A stretch of DNA of 64,000 nucleotides from Asterias rubens (lineage: Eukaryota), in NCBI RefSeq assembly GCF_902459465.1, contig NC_047066.1, positions 11,408,001 through 11,472,000 on the forward strand. The letters are read 5' to 3'. Position numbers and translations under genes: made by a program. The notes beneath the pieces are model-generated. The model was given only the letters and a program-made list of their open reading frames with translations, was not told the DNA's origin and ran no database searches. Positions 17,330 to 31,042 of this stretch are shown here, piece after piece (position 1 is the first letter of the stretch; each line of letters opens with the position of its first letter).

Positions 17330-18005
17330 GAGGGAGAGGTTGATACTTAAAAACATTGTGAGAAACAGCTCCCTCTGAAGTAACGTAGCTTTCGAGAAAG
17401 AAGTAATTTTCCACGAATTTGATTTAGAGACCCCCGAAATAGAATTTTGAGGTCTCGGAATCAAGCATCTGAAAGCACACAACTTCGTGTGACAAGGGTG
17501 TTTTTCTATCATTATTATCTCGCAACTTCGACCACCAGTTGGGCTCAAATTTTCGCGGTTTGTTAGTTGATGCATATGTTGAGATACACTTATGAGAAGA
17601 CTGGTCTTTGATAATAATTACCAATATGTCCAGGGTCTTTAAGGACCTCATGCATCTTTAATACGTTTTACATGGAGAAATTTCATGATGTGCCATTGAC
17701 TCATAAAGATCCATCTAAAGGCACTGGACACGTTGCGTAATTTTCAAAGACCAGTATGGTGTATAATCCCAACAGTATAAAATAACAACTCTGTGAAATT
17801 CGGGCTTATTTGGTCATCGAAGTTACAAGAAAATAATGGGCGACAGTACTCTTGTTGCACATTGTGTGCTCAAATATTTTTGAGAAAAATTACATCTCAA
17901 AAACTGCATACGTTACTCTTATTATAATAATATAGGGAGCCGTTTCTCACAATATTTTAACTACTATCACCAGCTCTCCATCGCTAATAATGATCAGTAG
18001 GTTTT
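17330..18005. mobile_element. Two degenerate Kolobok-like family A copies (17330-17638 and ~17719-18005, opposite orientations)
   Basis: Internal family A motifs (AAACATTGTGAGAAAC, GCACACAACTTCGTGTGACAAG). Confidence 0.6.
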
Positions 18006-19806
18006 CAGACAAAAACTAAACATTTTGTCATTCTGTGTATCCTTACGAATCATGTCCCGCTAAACAAAATGCTTGCCGAGCAAAAAGGAAGCAGGGGACC
18101 TTTTACGTACGTACAAACCATTATGTTTAGGCTGACATTTCTACCTCCATGGGCTGACCTGCCTGGTGTTATGTATATCAATTCAGGTAAGCTATTTTTG
18201 TGTAATTTTAGAGATCGTGATTCGTATTGTATTCAAGTGACCTTTCAACACAGCGGCATTTTCCGCGAAGGACGGTTATAATTAAATTTGCAAGGGAAAC
18301 AAAAACACATCGATCCACAAATTAGCAACTCTCAGAATTCGCTAAATCAGCCCTACTGTGACAACGTTTCTTGTATTGAGCCGAAGATCAACGGCAGCCG
18401 TGGGGGGGGGGGGGGGGGGGGGGGGGGCGGGGCAGGGTACAAAGTTGGGTCCCTATTGTAACGTTCCAGATTCCATATGACTTTCATGACGTCATGAGGC
18501 CCATTCGGATATGCAGGTTGCTATAACGTACAACCCCCTCCTCCCGTTGCTTCGCCGTCGGGAGGAGGGTTATGGTCAGGATTTGAGATGAATCAGCCAG
18601 TATACAATTTGTTGTACGCCGTGTGATTTGGGGTCCATGGCGTTTTGTACACCCGAGAGGGAAAATGGCACCCGAGGCGTAAGCAATACACCGAGGGTGC
18701 ACAAAACCCATGGACCCCAAATCACAGCATGCAACAACTGTTTTGTTTTTCCTTGTTTACATGATTATTCTTTTTCTCAAGCGTATTTGTTGCACGGCAC
18801 GTGATTGGTTCTCGACCAATCAAACTTCACAGTTTGTTACCGAGGTATAGCAATCACAATTGTACTAGAGTCAGATGCAAGGCAAATCATGTTACAAACC
18901 AGTAGGCCTAATATTTACTTAGTGACAAATCCAATACAAAGTGAAAGTTTTGATCTCATGGTTTTGTTATGTTTCAGCTTTGGCCAACTGGACCGTGACT
19001 TAATTAACTTGTCAAGAAATAAGTTATGTTTATTTGGGAGAGTAGTTATTTTGTGTGTGAAAAGAGAGCACTTATTTTTATTTTCAAGACCACTTATTTT
19101 TATTTTCAACTCCTGCATTAACTCACACAATTTGACAAAAAGTGTTCAATTGACGCTGATGGTGTTATTAATGTCTGGTTTCAATGAGTTACACACAAAA
19201 CTCTTCTATTTTATACACATTCATGCTATGGATATTAACAACTTGTCATAAATTAACGGAATCATTTTTTTAGGACAATCCATACACATCACTCGAAACA
19301 AGTCTGGTACAATGCACGCAATATTCAATTAACAACTGAATGTGAATGTGCCTGATTTTTGCCGTTGTGGCTCTACACATCCTCGTAAACAGTAGGATTT
19401 TGAAACAAGAATAAGTGAACTTAGGATACATTTTTAGCTCGAGAGAGAATTTGTCCATCTTATTTATTTCAACAAATTTAACAAATTTTGAGTGAAATAA
19501 TATCCAGTATTATCAAAGATCAAGATTTGTTATGTTAGTTGCAAATTTTCTTGCACCCAAATGACAATATAAATTATTTCATAATTGTTTTTTGTTAAAA
19601 TTACAATAACCCATATGCAATCAAGTAGCCACAGCCGCAACCCCAGCGTTTGCCTTATAGTCAAAGCCGCTAATTTGGACACAGCCTTATAATTAGTTCC
19701 TATACACTGGTCACATGTACAAATGTATGGTATATCAATTAAGGGCTGGCTGACTTGTATGTCCACACGGTGTAGGCTTTAACACAGTCTCACTCGGCTA
19801 TTTTAA

Positions 19807-20175
19807 AGGGAAGGTACACGTTTGGTAATTACTCAAAATAAATATTATTTTAAAAACTGACTTATTAACGAGCATTGGAGAGCTGTTGGTAGTATGAAAC
19901 ATTGTGGGAAAGGACTCCCTCTGAAGTAACGTAGTTTGGGAGAAAGAGGTAATTTCAAACTAAAATATTAAAAGACTTCTAGCTAGAAGTCTTTTACTCC
20001 TATCTGAAAGCACACAATTTCGTCCAACAAGGGTGTTTTTTTTTCATCATTTTTTCGCAAATTCGATGACCAATTGAGCCCAAATTGCCACAGGCTTGTT
20101 ATTTTATGGTTATGACTGGACACACCAAGTGAGAACACTGGTCTTTGACAATATTACCAAACGCGTACTATGCCT
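19807..20175 (+). mobile_element. Kolobok-like family A subfamily (TIR AGGGAAGGTACACGTTTGG)
   Basis: TTAA on both sides; sister copy at 28273-28655. Confidence 0.75.
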
Positions 20176-20596
20176 TTAACAGATTTCTCGCTCAGGCTAT
20201 TTCATCACAATTTTTCAATGTTTTTCTAAGGGCCAAAATATCGGTAATCAGACTATGAATGATGTATCATATCTTAACAAGAAGGCTACAAAAGACAGAA
20301 TGCACATAAATCAAAACATGCTAGTTGTTTTAGTCTACATTAATAATGAATAGTAACATCAACAAATGTACAAAATACCGTTATACAAAAACATATCTTA
20401 AAAAGATTGGTGGTTGATGGATAATATCTCTATCGCAAAACAAAACAAAAACAAAAACAAACAGGGACGTGAAAGACCTGAATAAGTAAAATGTGAATAA
20501 GTAAAATGTGAATAAGTAAATGTGAATACAGTTTCAAAGATATATTGATATTGAATGTTAAAATAAATAACTTTTTAAGTACAGCTTATTGTACAG

Positions 20597-21201
20597 GCCC
20601 CAATTTCATAGAGCTGCTAAGCACACAAATTTGCTTAGCATGAAATTTCTTCCTTGATAACAACAGGATTACCAACCAAATTTCCATGTGATTTTTCAGG
20701 ATAAGCAAACAACAGCTGATTACTAGTAACAAGCAATATGTAACAAATAAAATTGTTGTTGGTAATCCTGTTTATATCGAGGCCAAAATTTCATGCTAAG
20801 CAAATTTTTGTGCTGAGCAGCTCTATGAAATTGGGCCCAGGTTACTTTCCCTCTATGGGTATACTCTAGAGGGCTGATATCATACTATTCTTCAGTGCGT
20901 TTGTTTTCCCTCAAGACACTGATAAGTGATTCTTTGCTTTAAAATGTATGCAAATCACCAGGGCCCAATTTCGTAGAGCTGCTAAGCACAAAAATTTGCT
21001 GAGCATGAAATTTCTTCCTTGATACAAACAGGATTACCAGCCAAATTTCCATTTGTTACATAGTGCTTGTTACTGGTATTCAGCTTTTGTTTGCTTATCC
21101 TGAAAACCACATGGAAACTTGGTTGGTAATCCTGTTTTTATCAAGGAAGAATTTTCATGATAAGCACATTTTTATGCTTAGCAGCTATTTGAAATTGGGC
21201 C
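20597..21201. mobile_element. Two Harbinger-type MITEs (20597-20837 and 20962-21201), TIR GGCCCAATTTCATAGAGCTGCT
   Basis: First copy has a CAG...CAG 3-bp TSD; AAGCA subterminal repeats. Confidence 0.75.
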
Positions 21202-21249
21202 CCGATGTCATTATACAACAAGTTTTGCATGCCCCACAAACACTGTGTC

Positions 21250-21427
21250 AATAGACCTTTATCACGGTGTGGTCATCTTGATTTTACTCCATCCCCACTC
21301 ATTCTAACCAACCTGAGGCTGGATAAAATAATAGTCTGGTGCCATGCGAAATGAGTGTTAGCATCCATTACTGTTGTTGGAAACAGGGAACATGATCAAG
21401 ATGGTGACCGCGTGATAAAGGTCTATT
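21250..21427. mobile_element. MITE with TAGACC termini (superfamily unassigned); relatives at 22661-22786, 48218-48370, 57227-57425
   Basis: AATAGACCTTTATCACG...CGTGATAAAGGTCTATT inverted termini. Confidence 0.6.
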
Positions 21428-24091
21428 ACTACACAGTGAACAGTAATTAGGCAGCACCCTTGCAGTTACAACTGCACCGTATCTTTCCATGCATTTTTGT
21501 TTGCCATTTTAGAGGAAGAAGACTATTATGAGCAGACAGTAGCAGGTGACGTAAGAGCAATGGGGGCAATCTACAAACAAAAATAATTGTTACCTTCTTA
21601 GGTCAAATTTCATATTAAGCACAAAAAGCTGCTTATCAGCACAGAAATTGTGGTTTAGCACAAACTTCTTGCTTTTCATAGCACAGAATGCCTGCTTGCT
21701 TGGCAGAAAGAGGTTACCAGCCAAAAATTTCCTAGTAATGTATGTTGTTTATGACTGGTACTCTTATTTTTTAGCTCATCAGCAGACAGAATTGCTGAGC
21801 TACATGTAATCTTTTCTATAAATCAGATTTACGTAATTGGGCCCTGGTGTAACACACCTTTCAGGGTGGAAAAAAAAAAAAAAAAAACTCTTACAAAAAT
21901 ACAAACATTTACAAAATATATTTCATGGCTAGCATTAATGTGCAAACTATCCCGCACATTGAAAAAATAAAATAAACTTGGACTATATTTATCTTAAAAT
22001 CATATACATGAATACAACTGGACACACGGTTACTTTAATATGAGGTAATTATAGCTGCATTCAATAATGCAAAACAATATTTCATAATACAATAATTTAA
22101 ATCACTTGAGGACTCTTTTCGTGTACATTATGTCTACTTTAAAATGACAATTGACGCTAGCAAATGCATCTTGGAAAAAACATGTTTTTTTTGTTTCAAA
22201 ATTCTCTTCCAAAACATTTGGTACACTGAAAGAAACAAAAATAAGCTTCTTACACTAATTAAAGAATTTTGAGGTAAAAAATATTCAACGTCAAATACTT
22301 TTTGCATTTTGGCAGAAGCTGTCGACTGCAATCCTGGGCAGTGATCCCACAGTGTGTGTGAATAAAATGGTAACAAGTGGTTCCTCTAAAAGGCATAATA
22401 GACCCCTTCCAAATGACGTCACACGCTCAAAAAGCACCCACACTGAGGCCACAAAGCGCACTCACAGAGGCCAAAGGAGGCATATCATTAGACGATCGCT
22501 GTTCTTAGTGCATGAAAATGTGCGTGTGAGTTAAGCAACCCTGTAGCATTGCGCATTGCAGCAGGTCTATTGCCTATCATCGCAAAAATTGAAAGGGATA
22601 ACCTACATCATATGCAGACTTTCCCATGCTGCTTTTTTGAGTGGGACGGCATCCGAAAAATAGACCTTATGCATTGATGTCATTAGGCTGCCATCTTAGA
22701 GGTAAAACAATGGAAACGTTCAGCTAACTTTCTTTATCTTACGGTGACATAAAGTGATGATCATTGTCATGTGTGCATGAGGTCTATGAATACACAAACA
22801 GCAAACAGACATAGAACAACTCCAACCCTATAGGTTGCTTTCGGTTTAAGAGCAAGAAGAGTCGTTCGAAGCCGTTATAATTACAGCTTGCAATTAATTT
22901 TTGTACATTTTCTTTTTTAAAGCAATACCTCAGGCCATCTGATTTAATGAATACCAATACTGATTTGTCTGGAATAAAATTAACATGATGATTTACAAAT
23001 AACGGTTACAGTTTTGTTTCAAATACTGCTGAGTATTTACGCTTAACATCAAGTGGCATTGCTTTGTTATGTCACCATCTACAATTTATCAAAAGGACAA
23101 GAACTAATACAAAAGATTCACCAGAAATGTTGTGAACACACAATGTGCGAGTTTGTTCAAAGTTATGCGACAAACATGACCAGTAGTCTAAGCAAATGAT
23201 AGTTTACCACAAAAATTGGTTTGAGACAAGAAAACTCATTCTCAGTTCAGTTGTCTCACTATTTTCTTAGGGACACTTGAGTTACAGCTCGAAGACTGTC
23301 TACTGTGTTGCCCAAGTGTTCATTTTGTAAACAGTGCAGTGCAGTAAGTTGCCTGAAAGAATTGCTCTTTGTGACATTGCTTTTAAAATGTGACACGCAA
23401 AACCATGCCACAGTCTGGAATGGCTGCCAATCAGACCACACTAAACTAATACACTATGGACCTTAATGTATGCATTGACGTCATCACTCCGCCATCTTAC
23501 ATTTAGAGGTAAAATGACGATAAAACAATGGAAAACGAACATGCGCCGCAAACAAGGCTTGCTATTTCACACTTATAAAAAGGAAAAGATTCTCAAGATA
23601 ATGCTGTAAAAACAAGAAGCACATTTTCTGATGTATAAATTTTGTTCTAGAATTGCCATTATTGCTTTTTTTTGTAACATTTAGGAATGGACATTTTTTG
23701 TTATGGATGGATTAACAAAAGTGGGGAGAAAAACAAAATCTCTTCGGTGAGGAATGAACAGTTATTTCACATGCTTTTACACAACTAAAGCAACATATTT
23801 ATAACTTTGGAAGTAATAACATTTTTTAGTAAATCAAATTTGTAAGTACCAATGCAGCGAACATATTGGAAAATTTAAGCATAGATCTGGGTCCCATCAT
23901 GGCACTGATTGCCAGTGAAATCAGTGCTTATCTATATCAAGCTAATGATTCCAGATTCTATTATCCGGGCTGTAAGCGCAGAACTTAGCGGTGAGCAGTG
24001 CCATAATATAGGGCCCCGAATATGAATATCTTATTATCATCTTAATGAAATACATGTAGCTTCATCAGAACTCATTTTGTTTCTTTCCTTG

Positions 24092-24463
24092 AGCCCAATT
24101 TCATAGAGCTGCGTAAGCACAAAAAAACAAGCTGAGCACAACAAAATAATGCTTACCTGATTAAAGTTACCAGCCAAAATGCCATGTCACATGTACATTT
24201 TGAGACCGGTATCTTGCTTATTTCTGCTAAGCAGGAAAGTGTTATGCAACATTTTCTGCACAAGCACTCTATGAAATTGGACCCTGAGCCCATTTTTATA
24301 GAAATGCTTAAGCACAGAAAGTAGCCCAGCACAAAACAAGTATTAGCTTACCAGATTTTAGGTTTCCAGCCACAATACTATGTCACCATTAAACCATTTG
24401 TGACTGATATCTTGCTCATTTTGCTCAGCAAAAATTGTTGAATTTTAGTTATGAAATTGGGCC
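24092..24463. mobile_element. Tandem pair of Harbinger-type MITEs sharing a CTG target (24092-24283 and 24287-24463)
   Basis: GCCCAATTTCAT...ATGAAATTGG termini separated by CTG at 24284-24286. Confidence 0.65.
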
Positions 24464-24760
24464 CAAAATACAAAGAAAAAAAGGAATGATATGGTTGTTA
24501 TTGTAAACTATAAGCTTTTAAGCTAAGATATATTGAGCAGTAAAAGTGTTTTATTAACTGGAATGACCTTTACACTTATATTCAGCTCTCAGTCTAGAAC
24601 AGTCTTTAACGCATAGTTTTGAAGAAAAAAAAATCATCAAATATTGGAATGTTTAAAACAACATCAATTGACACTCGGTGACGGATGGAAACAACACTCT
24701 ACCAGCTATGTATAAATATTGACAAAGAGTGGAATGCATTCTGTATCATCAGATCATATA

Positions 24761-24906
24761 AAAACACACAGCTCAACAAGCGAAGATCAGACACCTTGCA
24801 TAGGAAGGCTTTCATAACAAAAAGTCTAGTCAGAAAACACACAGCTCAACAAGCGAAGATCAGACACCTTGCATAGGAAGGCTTTCATTACAAAAAGTCT
24901 AGTCAG
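24761..24906. repeat. 73-bp direct tandem duplication
   Basis: AAAACACACAGCTCAACAAGCGAAGATCAGACACC...GTCTAGTCAG occurs twice. Confidence 0.9.
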
Positions 24907-25256
24907 GCTTTAAAACTACACAGGTGGTTAGAAATGTACAAAGGCAAAGATATAATTATAATTACTGGCGAAACAAATGAATTTGAAGATCCCAGATGCT
25001 ATGGACTTTCTTGTATCCAGGAATGTTTAAATATAATATGGGCAATATGCTCATTATATGGAAACGCTTTTAGATCAATTTGTGAGTAAACTTATTTGGT
25101 AGAGGTGAGTAAAAGATCTGGACAAAATTTCATATAGTTACTTTAAGCAACTAAGCATAATAGAGTTATGCTTGCCAGAATATGGCTACCAGCCAAAATT
25201 ACCATTTCAGATGTACCACCTGTGACTGCAATCCTGCAAATTCAAAGCATGTCTTG

Positions 25257-28200
25257 CTATGTTTCAAAATGCTTGTAGAGGGATGTGACGTACGTCATGA
25301 CGGATTGCCAATCGGGTCTCTCCATCTTAACCATGTCATCAATGTCCTGAGGTGAAATTAAACAACGCTAAATGAGTTATACCAGAAGTAATTGCTACAT
25401 GTAAGTAAGACAAAATCTGACCGAGGTTATTGGCACTCATAAGTCGCTTTAGGCCTGGTTCATACTTCCTGCGAATGCGAATCGAATGTTAACGTCACAA
25501 AACTCACAACAAATGGTTCGCAGCAGTTCAACTCTACTCAACTCACTTGCGAATATAGCTGCGAAAGGAGAGTTGTGACGTCAAATTCACATCAAATTTG
25601 CTTTGAATTCGCATTCGCATGAAGTACAAACCGGGCTTTAGCAGTCTCCTGTGATTTATTGTGCAAAAGGACACTGGTAACGGAAGGGTTGTTACATGTA
25701 TAATATTAGTTTGGGGTGCGAGAAAAAGGACAATGTACTGGTAACTAAGAAGTCGGAACAACATTGGTTCTGAGTGCAATCCAAATGACAGTGTACTGGT
25801 AACTAGCAGTATTGGTACTTAAGTTTTAGGTGCAATCGAAAGGCTAATCAAATGGTAACTAATGGTTGGTACAACATTGGTGTTGGGTGCAATAGTAAAG
25901 ACAGTGAACTGGTAATCTAAAGGTTGGTACTTCTGTACATTGGAAAGCAGCCGTCTTTTTGCATAACCTGAGAAAGCGGCCTACTACAACTATATTGTAT
26001 TGTGATAAATAAAGTGAAGTTGAAGTTGAAAATAGCTTACCAGAATTGAAGGGATACCCAGTCTCTCAGCCACCTTGAAAGCTAAAGTAAAGTTGCGTCT
26101 CTGGAAACAGAAAACATCGAACAGGTGATTAATAAACTGAAACCGTGAAGAGCTCAATACAAGCATATATGTACAGCGATGACAAGTAAAATGATGTTTT
26201 GTTAAAAAAACTGAATGTGAATGTTGCTTGGTTGTTCTTTCAAGTTGCATCGCACTCACTACTTGAAAGCTACTGTCAAGGCTGGTTAAAAGGTTTAAAA
26301 ATAGGGCAACATGTTTTAGGCTGTTAACTTTTGGGAGACCAATGCAATTATATTTGTAGGGGCTTGAAACAGTACCCTCAGTACCGGAAAAGTAGATCAG
26401 ACCAATGATGATTAATTGATACCTGTGAAAACATTTTATATCTGGATTCAAAATGGGAAAAAATAAAATTAGCTGTCCAGCAAACTGCTTACCAACCAAA
26501 AGGCATAAATGCCCCCAAAAAAGTTAATGACCCAAAATTTAGACACTAGCAGTACATGTATATAATATTCTTTCTCAAAGGTTCAAATAAGGGAGAATGC
26601 TGGAGACGGGGGCTCCTCAAAAGAAGTCAAAATATGATCCTAAATTTTTTTTTGAAAACTTTTGGACGGCCCCTTTCATTACTAGCATTTTTCCCCTTGG
26701 TTCATTTACCAGAAAGAGAATAATAAGTTATCAAAATTTTAGCGCAAGTGGAATATGGAAAAATATAGCGCTTCTGCGACTCTTATCCAATAAGGCGGAT
26801 GACAGATTTGGATAGGGACGTACATGTGGTACATTTTTTTCGCATTCCACGAGCGCGCGTGTTATAATGAACTCATATTCCATTCTCACGTGCAACACGC
26901 AAAGCATGCACGCACACAAAGTTTAGAATGCCTTTTTTGCACCGTCTGTGTTTAGAGCGGGACGCATTGACACTCACAATACGCACTGTGCAATCAAATA
27001 ACCTGGGAGTACATGTAGGTTATACCACCATCCAGTTGGAGCATCTGATTGGTGGATTAGCACGTACTGGAAGATGATAGTCAAAATAGATAGTTACCTT
27101 GTCTTGACTATTGAGTTCATGCATTGGAATCTTGTCAGGCATATAGCTAAACATGATAGCACAGAAACCAAGTCCATCATTCCAACTACTGCTAAAGTTT
27201 GTGATATCAATCGTCTGCAAACAAAATAGAAAAGCATGATAACAATAACAAAAATTAGAACAGACTGAAGTGGGAAGAACATCAAGCACTCTATCACATT
27301 CAAAGGCATCTCAAAGCACAATATATTTGCTCTACCATGTATACCGAGTGATGTTCCAAATCTAAACAAATTAATTGCCTAACACAGCAAAGAGAACCAT
27401 TAGCTTTACGCCCAAGTTAAATACCATGCAATAGTGTTTAAGGGCTTTGCCAAAGGACACAAGTGTCAAGACCAGGACTCGAACCCACAGTCTACTGTTT
27501 AAAAATGTTAGAGTTTAAAGTCAGGTGCGGCCGACAACTCTGGCCACGACGTGCCGGGGGGAGAGGGAAACATGTTTATATTAAGATGATCTTCCCATCT
27601 AAGGAACTCTGCAAACTCCAACAAGGGGATAAAAACACTAACTGGCAATGGCCAATCTCTCCCACACAAACATTGGTTTAACGTCTATGATTATGAGTTG
27701 CACAAATCAAGAACTTGTGATTCAGTAACAGACGACAACACTTGTTCTAGTCATTGTGGAATCAGCTATATTGTATTACATGTACAGCTTGGTAGGATTC
27801 AAACCCATGACCGACAACCTACAAGTGATTGCAAGTCTGCGGTCTAACCACTGATGGGAGATAATAGTAACTTTTTCTCTTCATGTTATGTTTAGTCTTT
27901 TACCTTAAATCCTGCAGTCTTGGCTTGACACCATTTGAGCAGAGCATTCCTTTTGGATCCACCACCACCAGACTTGACTAGCACAGACAGCGGGTCCTTT
28001 TTCTCAGTCTCGCTGAATATAGAAAACGTAAACAATCAAATCAAAATTTACAAAATAAAACATTTCAAACAAATCCAGACCATCCAAGAGTACGATACAT
28101 GTATCCAAATATTTTTCTTGCCAAAATGAATTAGTGAAACTAAAATGATAAGTCGGAGGCAAATGAAGAAATTAATAGTACAATTTTCCCCCAAAAATTT

Positions 28201-31042
28201 AGCGCATTGTTGTAAATTAGCTTTACTAGGTCACATATTATTCTGGTTTACGAGCATTTCCGTTTTACTTAAAGGGAAGGTACATGTTTGGTAGTTACTC
28301 AGAACTAACGAGCATTTATACCGATAGTATAAAACATTGTCATGCTTGTGGGAAACAAGTCCCTCTGAAGTAAAGTAGCTTTGAGAAAAAGGTATTTCTG
28401 AAGTAAAGTAGCTTTGAGAAAGAGGTAATTTCTCACTAAAATAATAAAAGACTTCTAGTTATTTTAAAGGTCTTTTACCTATCTGAAAGCACACAAATTC
28501 CCCCAACAAGGGTGTTTTTCTTTCATCATTTTTTCGCAACTTCGATGACCGATTGAGCCCAAATTTCACAGGTTTGTTACTTTAAATGCTTAAATGATGG
28601 GATACACCAAGTGAGAAGACTGTTCTTTGACAGTTCCCAAACGTGTACCTTCCCTTTAAAAGTTAAACTCAATTTATGTATGACAGTTTTTTAAGGAATG
28701 AATTTAAATATTTGATTGATTTAACAAGGTTTTGTAAAAACAACATCTGTAAACTGCATTCTTCACCTTGCCCTTCTTGCGTTAGCTGGACTTCCAGTTG
28801 TCTTCGCTAAATCCGGCGAATCACGAGCAGTCTGTGTCGTTGGACTGCTGCTCTTACGCGTTGGAAAGTCCCCTCTCCTAAACAGTGCATCTCCAATGGC
28901 TTGTCGAGCTTCGCTGCGAGAACCCCCCGGTGACCGTGCTGTTGGCGACCGCAGAGGGGCGTCCGAAGCAAACAGAGGTCTCAACGGCTCCTTGGGTAGT
29001 TTCATGTCATCTGACGCACGAGTCGCAAGAACCAGGCTGTTCTTGGTATCGGTGGACAAAAGAGCAGTGGTAGTATTACGCCGTGTGAACGCTGGCTTGG
29101 AGTCATACGGTTTCGTTGACGCTGTGGTTGTATTCCGTCTCTCCAACAAGGGCCTCGGGAAGGCGGCTACAGGAGATGGAGAAGTTGGACTCTGAGGAAC
29201 CTTGGGCGTGTCTTCTGCCGCAGCAGTTTCGATGGACTTGATTAGGCTCTTGACAGAAAGCTGGGTATTGGTGGAATTTGCTTTCCTAGTTGCACGGTTC
29301 CCCATTTCAGGATCGGATTTCATGTACGCCTGCATTCTCTGGCGGATTTCACATTCTGTCGAGGTCGGTTTGAGGTGGATAGGACTCAGATTTGGTTTTG
29401 TGTTCAAACGCTCTAGTTTCCTGAGCCGCTCTAACTCTGCATTCAGACTCTTGATTTTGCCCACGAGTTCCTCTTTGTCTTTTTCTAACTGCTGGACCTC
29501 TGTTAAGGCCTCGCTGCGGTAATCGTTTGCAATGACTACAGCATATTGAAGGTCTTTCTGGAATTGCATCCATTCCTCAGTATCACGCGCACTGACTCTT
29601 TTGAGTTCAATTAGTTCCCTGTGATGGTCCTGTTTCTCTTTGCGGAGATTCTGCACTGCCTGATTGAGATCAGCAATTGTGGTCAGGTGCTTCTGCTTGT
29701 CTGCCTCATGTCTTTCCCTCGCCTCTTCGAATTCCAGGACCGTCTCTTTAAGGTTGATAACCTCCGTTTCCAACTCCTGCTTCTCTCCCTCAATCTCTTG
29801 GATCAGCTCCTTCATTTGGGCGACTTCCCTAACGACATGCTCCTTGGCTGCCTCAAAGTCTTCATCTGAGGCTTCTATCTCCAGTTGCTGTTTGGCAGCA
29901 TGTTGCTGGCTCTCTCGTAGAGCTCGTTCCAGGATAGAGCAGCGATGCTCCACGGCTTCCTTCTCTTGCTTCGCGTTGTCCATTAGCATGACAAGATTCA
30001 GTTTGCCTTCCGGATCTTGGTGTTGCAGCATGTCGGTCAGACGTCGTCTTTCCTCTTCCATCGTGGCCTGTGTACGTTCCAGCTCCACCTCAGTGCTTGC
30101 CAGCTTCCCCTTGGCCACTGTTAGCTCCTGAGACTGCTGCTCCATTTCTTGCAAAGTGGCCGCTAGGGAACCCTCCTGTTCTCTCAACTTGTCCTTGAGC
30201 TTACCGATTTCAGACTGCGACTCCTTGCGATGTTCACACAAAATTTCAGAGAGCCTTTTCCTATCCCCTTGGCTTTGTGCTGTGCTGGTATCCGACATGT
30301 CTACACTTTGCAGTGAAACATCTGTAAATGCCGTGTTGAAAGTGTCGTCTAGATCCTCAAGACCTATTTCAACTTCAGTATCTTCAAGACGAACCTTCAA
30401 TGCTTCTAAAATGGATTTCAGTTGTTCTACCTTCTCAAGCTGCCGATATAGCGCCTCAATAACGACAGTCTTTTCATCGGTGATCTTCTCGTTCTCATAT
30501 GTGAGTTCGGTGACGTTATCTTGCAGGTCTGCAAGTTCCTGCAAAGTCGCCTGAAGCTCTTCATTCACTGTGTAATGATTCTCCTCCATCTGGTGGATGC
30601 GGTCCTGTAAACAGGCCACAGAGCCTTCCCCCTCGCTGCTCATGATGTCCCAGTTGCTGTCCGACACATTAGAGGGTTCCTCCGGCAGCATAGATCCTTC
30701 CGACGATGAGGAAGGAAACCCTGGCAGTATCTGTTCACCGTTTGAATCAGCTATGACATAGGAACCTGTCGTCTCGTCCAGGTCCTCGTCCGCATGATGA
30801 GACCTGTCATCACCGCTGACAGATCCTTCCAATCTCAGCAGCAGAGCCTTCTCGTTATCCGTCTTTGAGTCGAGGGTTTCCAGGTCATGGGTCTTGAGTC
30901 GGTCCTTGAGGTGGCGGTTTTCTTGACGGAGCGAGTCCAGCTGCTGTCTCATGGAGGTGTTTTCCATCTGGGTTTGTTGGAGAAGGTCTTGGATCTCGGA
31001 CCATCCAGCAGTTGAATCTGATTTGCCAGTTACTTGGCTCAT
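25257..31042 (-). CDS. SPECC1: Cytospin (SPECC1/SPECC1L family), 883 aa; exons 28767-31042, 27904-28012, 27098-27214, 26041-26100, 25257-25346
   Basis: Long coiled-coil exon spliced in phase to a calponin-homology domain ([76 protein letters not shown]-stop), matching the recalled cytospin C-terminus. ATG 31042 is preceded by an in-frame TGA within the same exon. Confidence 0.93.
25452..25637. mobile_element. Harbinger-type MITE with TTA TSD
   Basis: TTA|GGCCTGGTTCATACTTC...GAAGTACAAACCGGGCT|TTA. Confidence 0.7.
25670..25935. repeat. Degenerate ~60-bp minisatellite in the last cytospin intron
   Basis: Recurring ACTGGTAACTA...CAACATTGGT...GTGCAAT units, 4-5 copies. Confidence 0.6.
27410..27553 (-). 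mobile_element. tRNA-derived SINE, 5-prime part
   Basis: Minus strand has A-box-like GTGGCCAGAG, B box GGTTCGAGTCC, then GACACTTGTGTCCTT. Confidence 0.6.
27575..27855 (-). mobile_element. tRNA-derived SINE (second family); sister copy at 45625-45880
   Basis: Both copies share ~280 bp and begin with TCAGTGGTTAGAC...TTGCAATCAC...GGTTTGAATCC on the minus strand. Confidence 0.65.
28273..28655 (+). mobile_element. Kolobok-like family A subfamily copy
   Basis: TTAA|AGGGAAGGTACA...TGTACCTTCCCT|TTAA. Confidence 0.8.

Noticed and set aside
18040-18190. Plus-strand exon ending CAG|GTAAG
   Set aside because: No partner exons or homology found; insufficient support.
18805-19251. 148-aa ORF, and 668-1021, 11785-12150, 25990-26499 and other 60-170 aa ORFs in AT-rich DNA
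   Set aside because: No recognisable domains; composition typical of chance ORFs or repeat-derived frames. Only the 26041-26100 part of the last one is a real exon.
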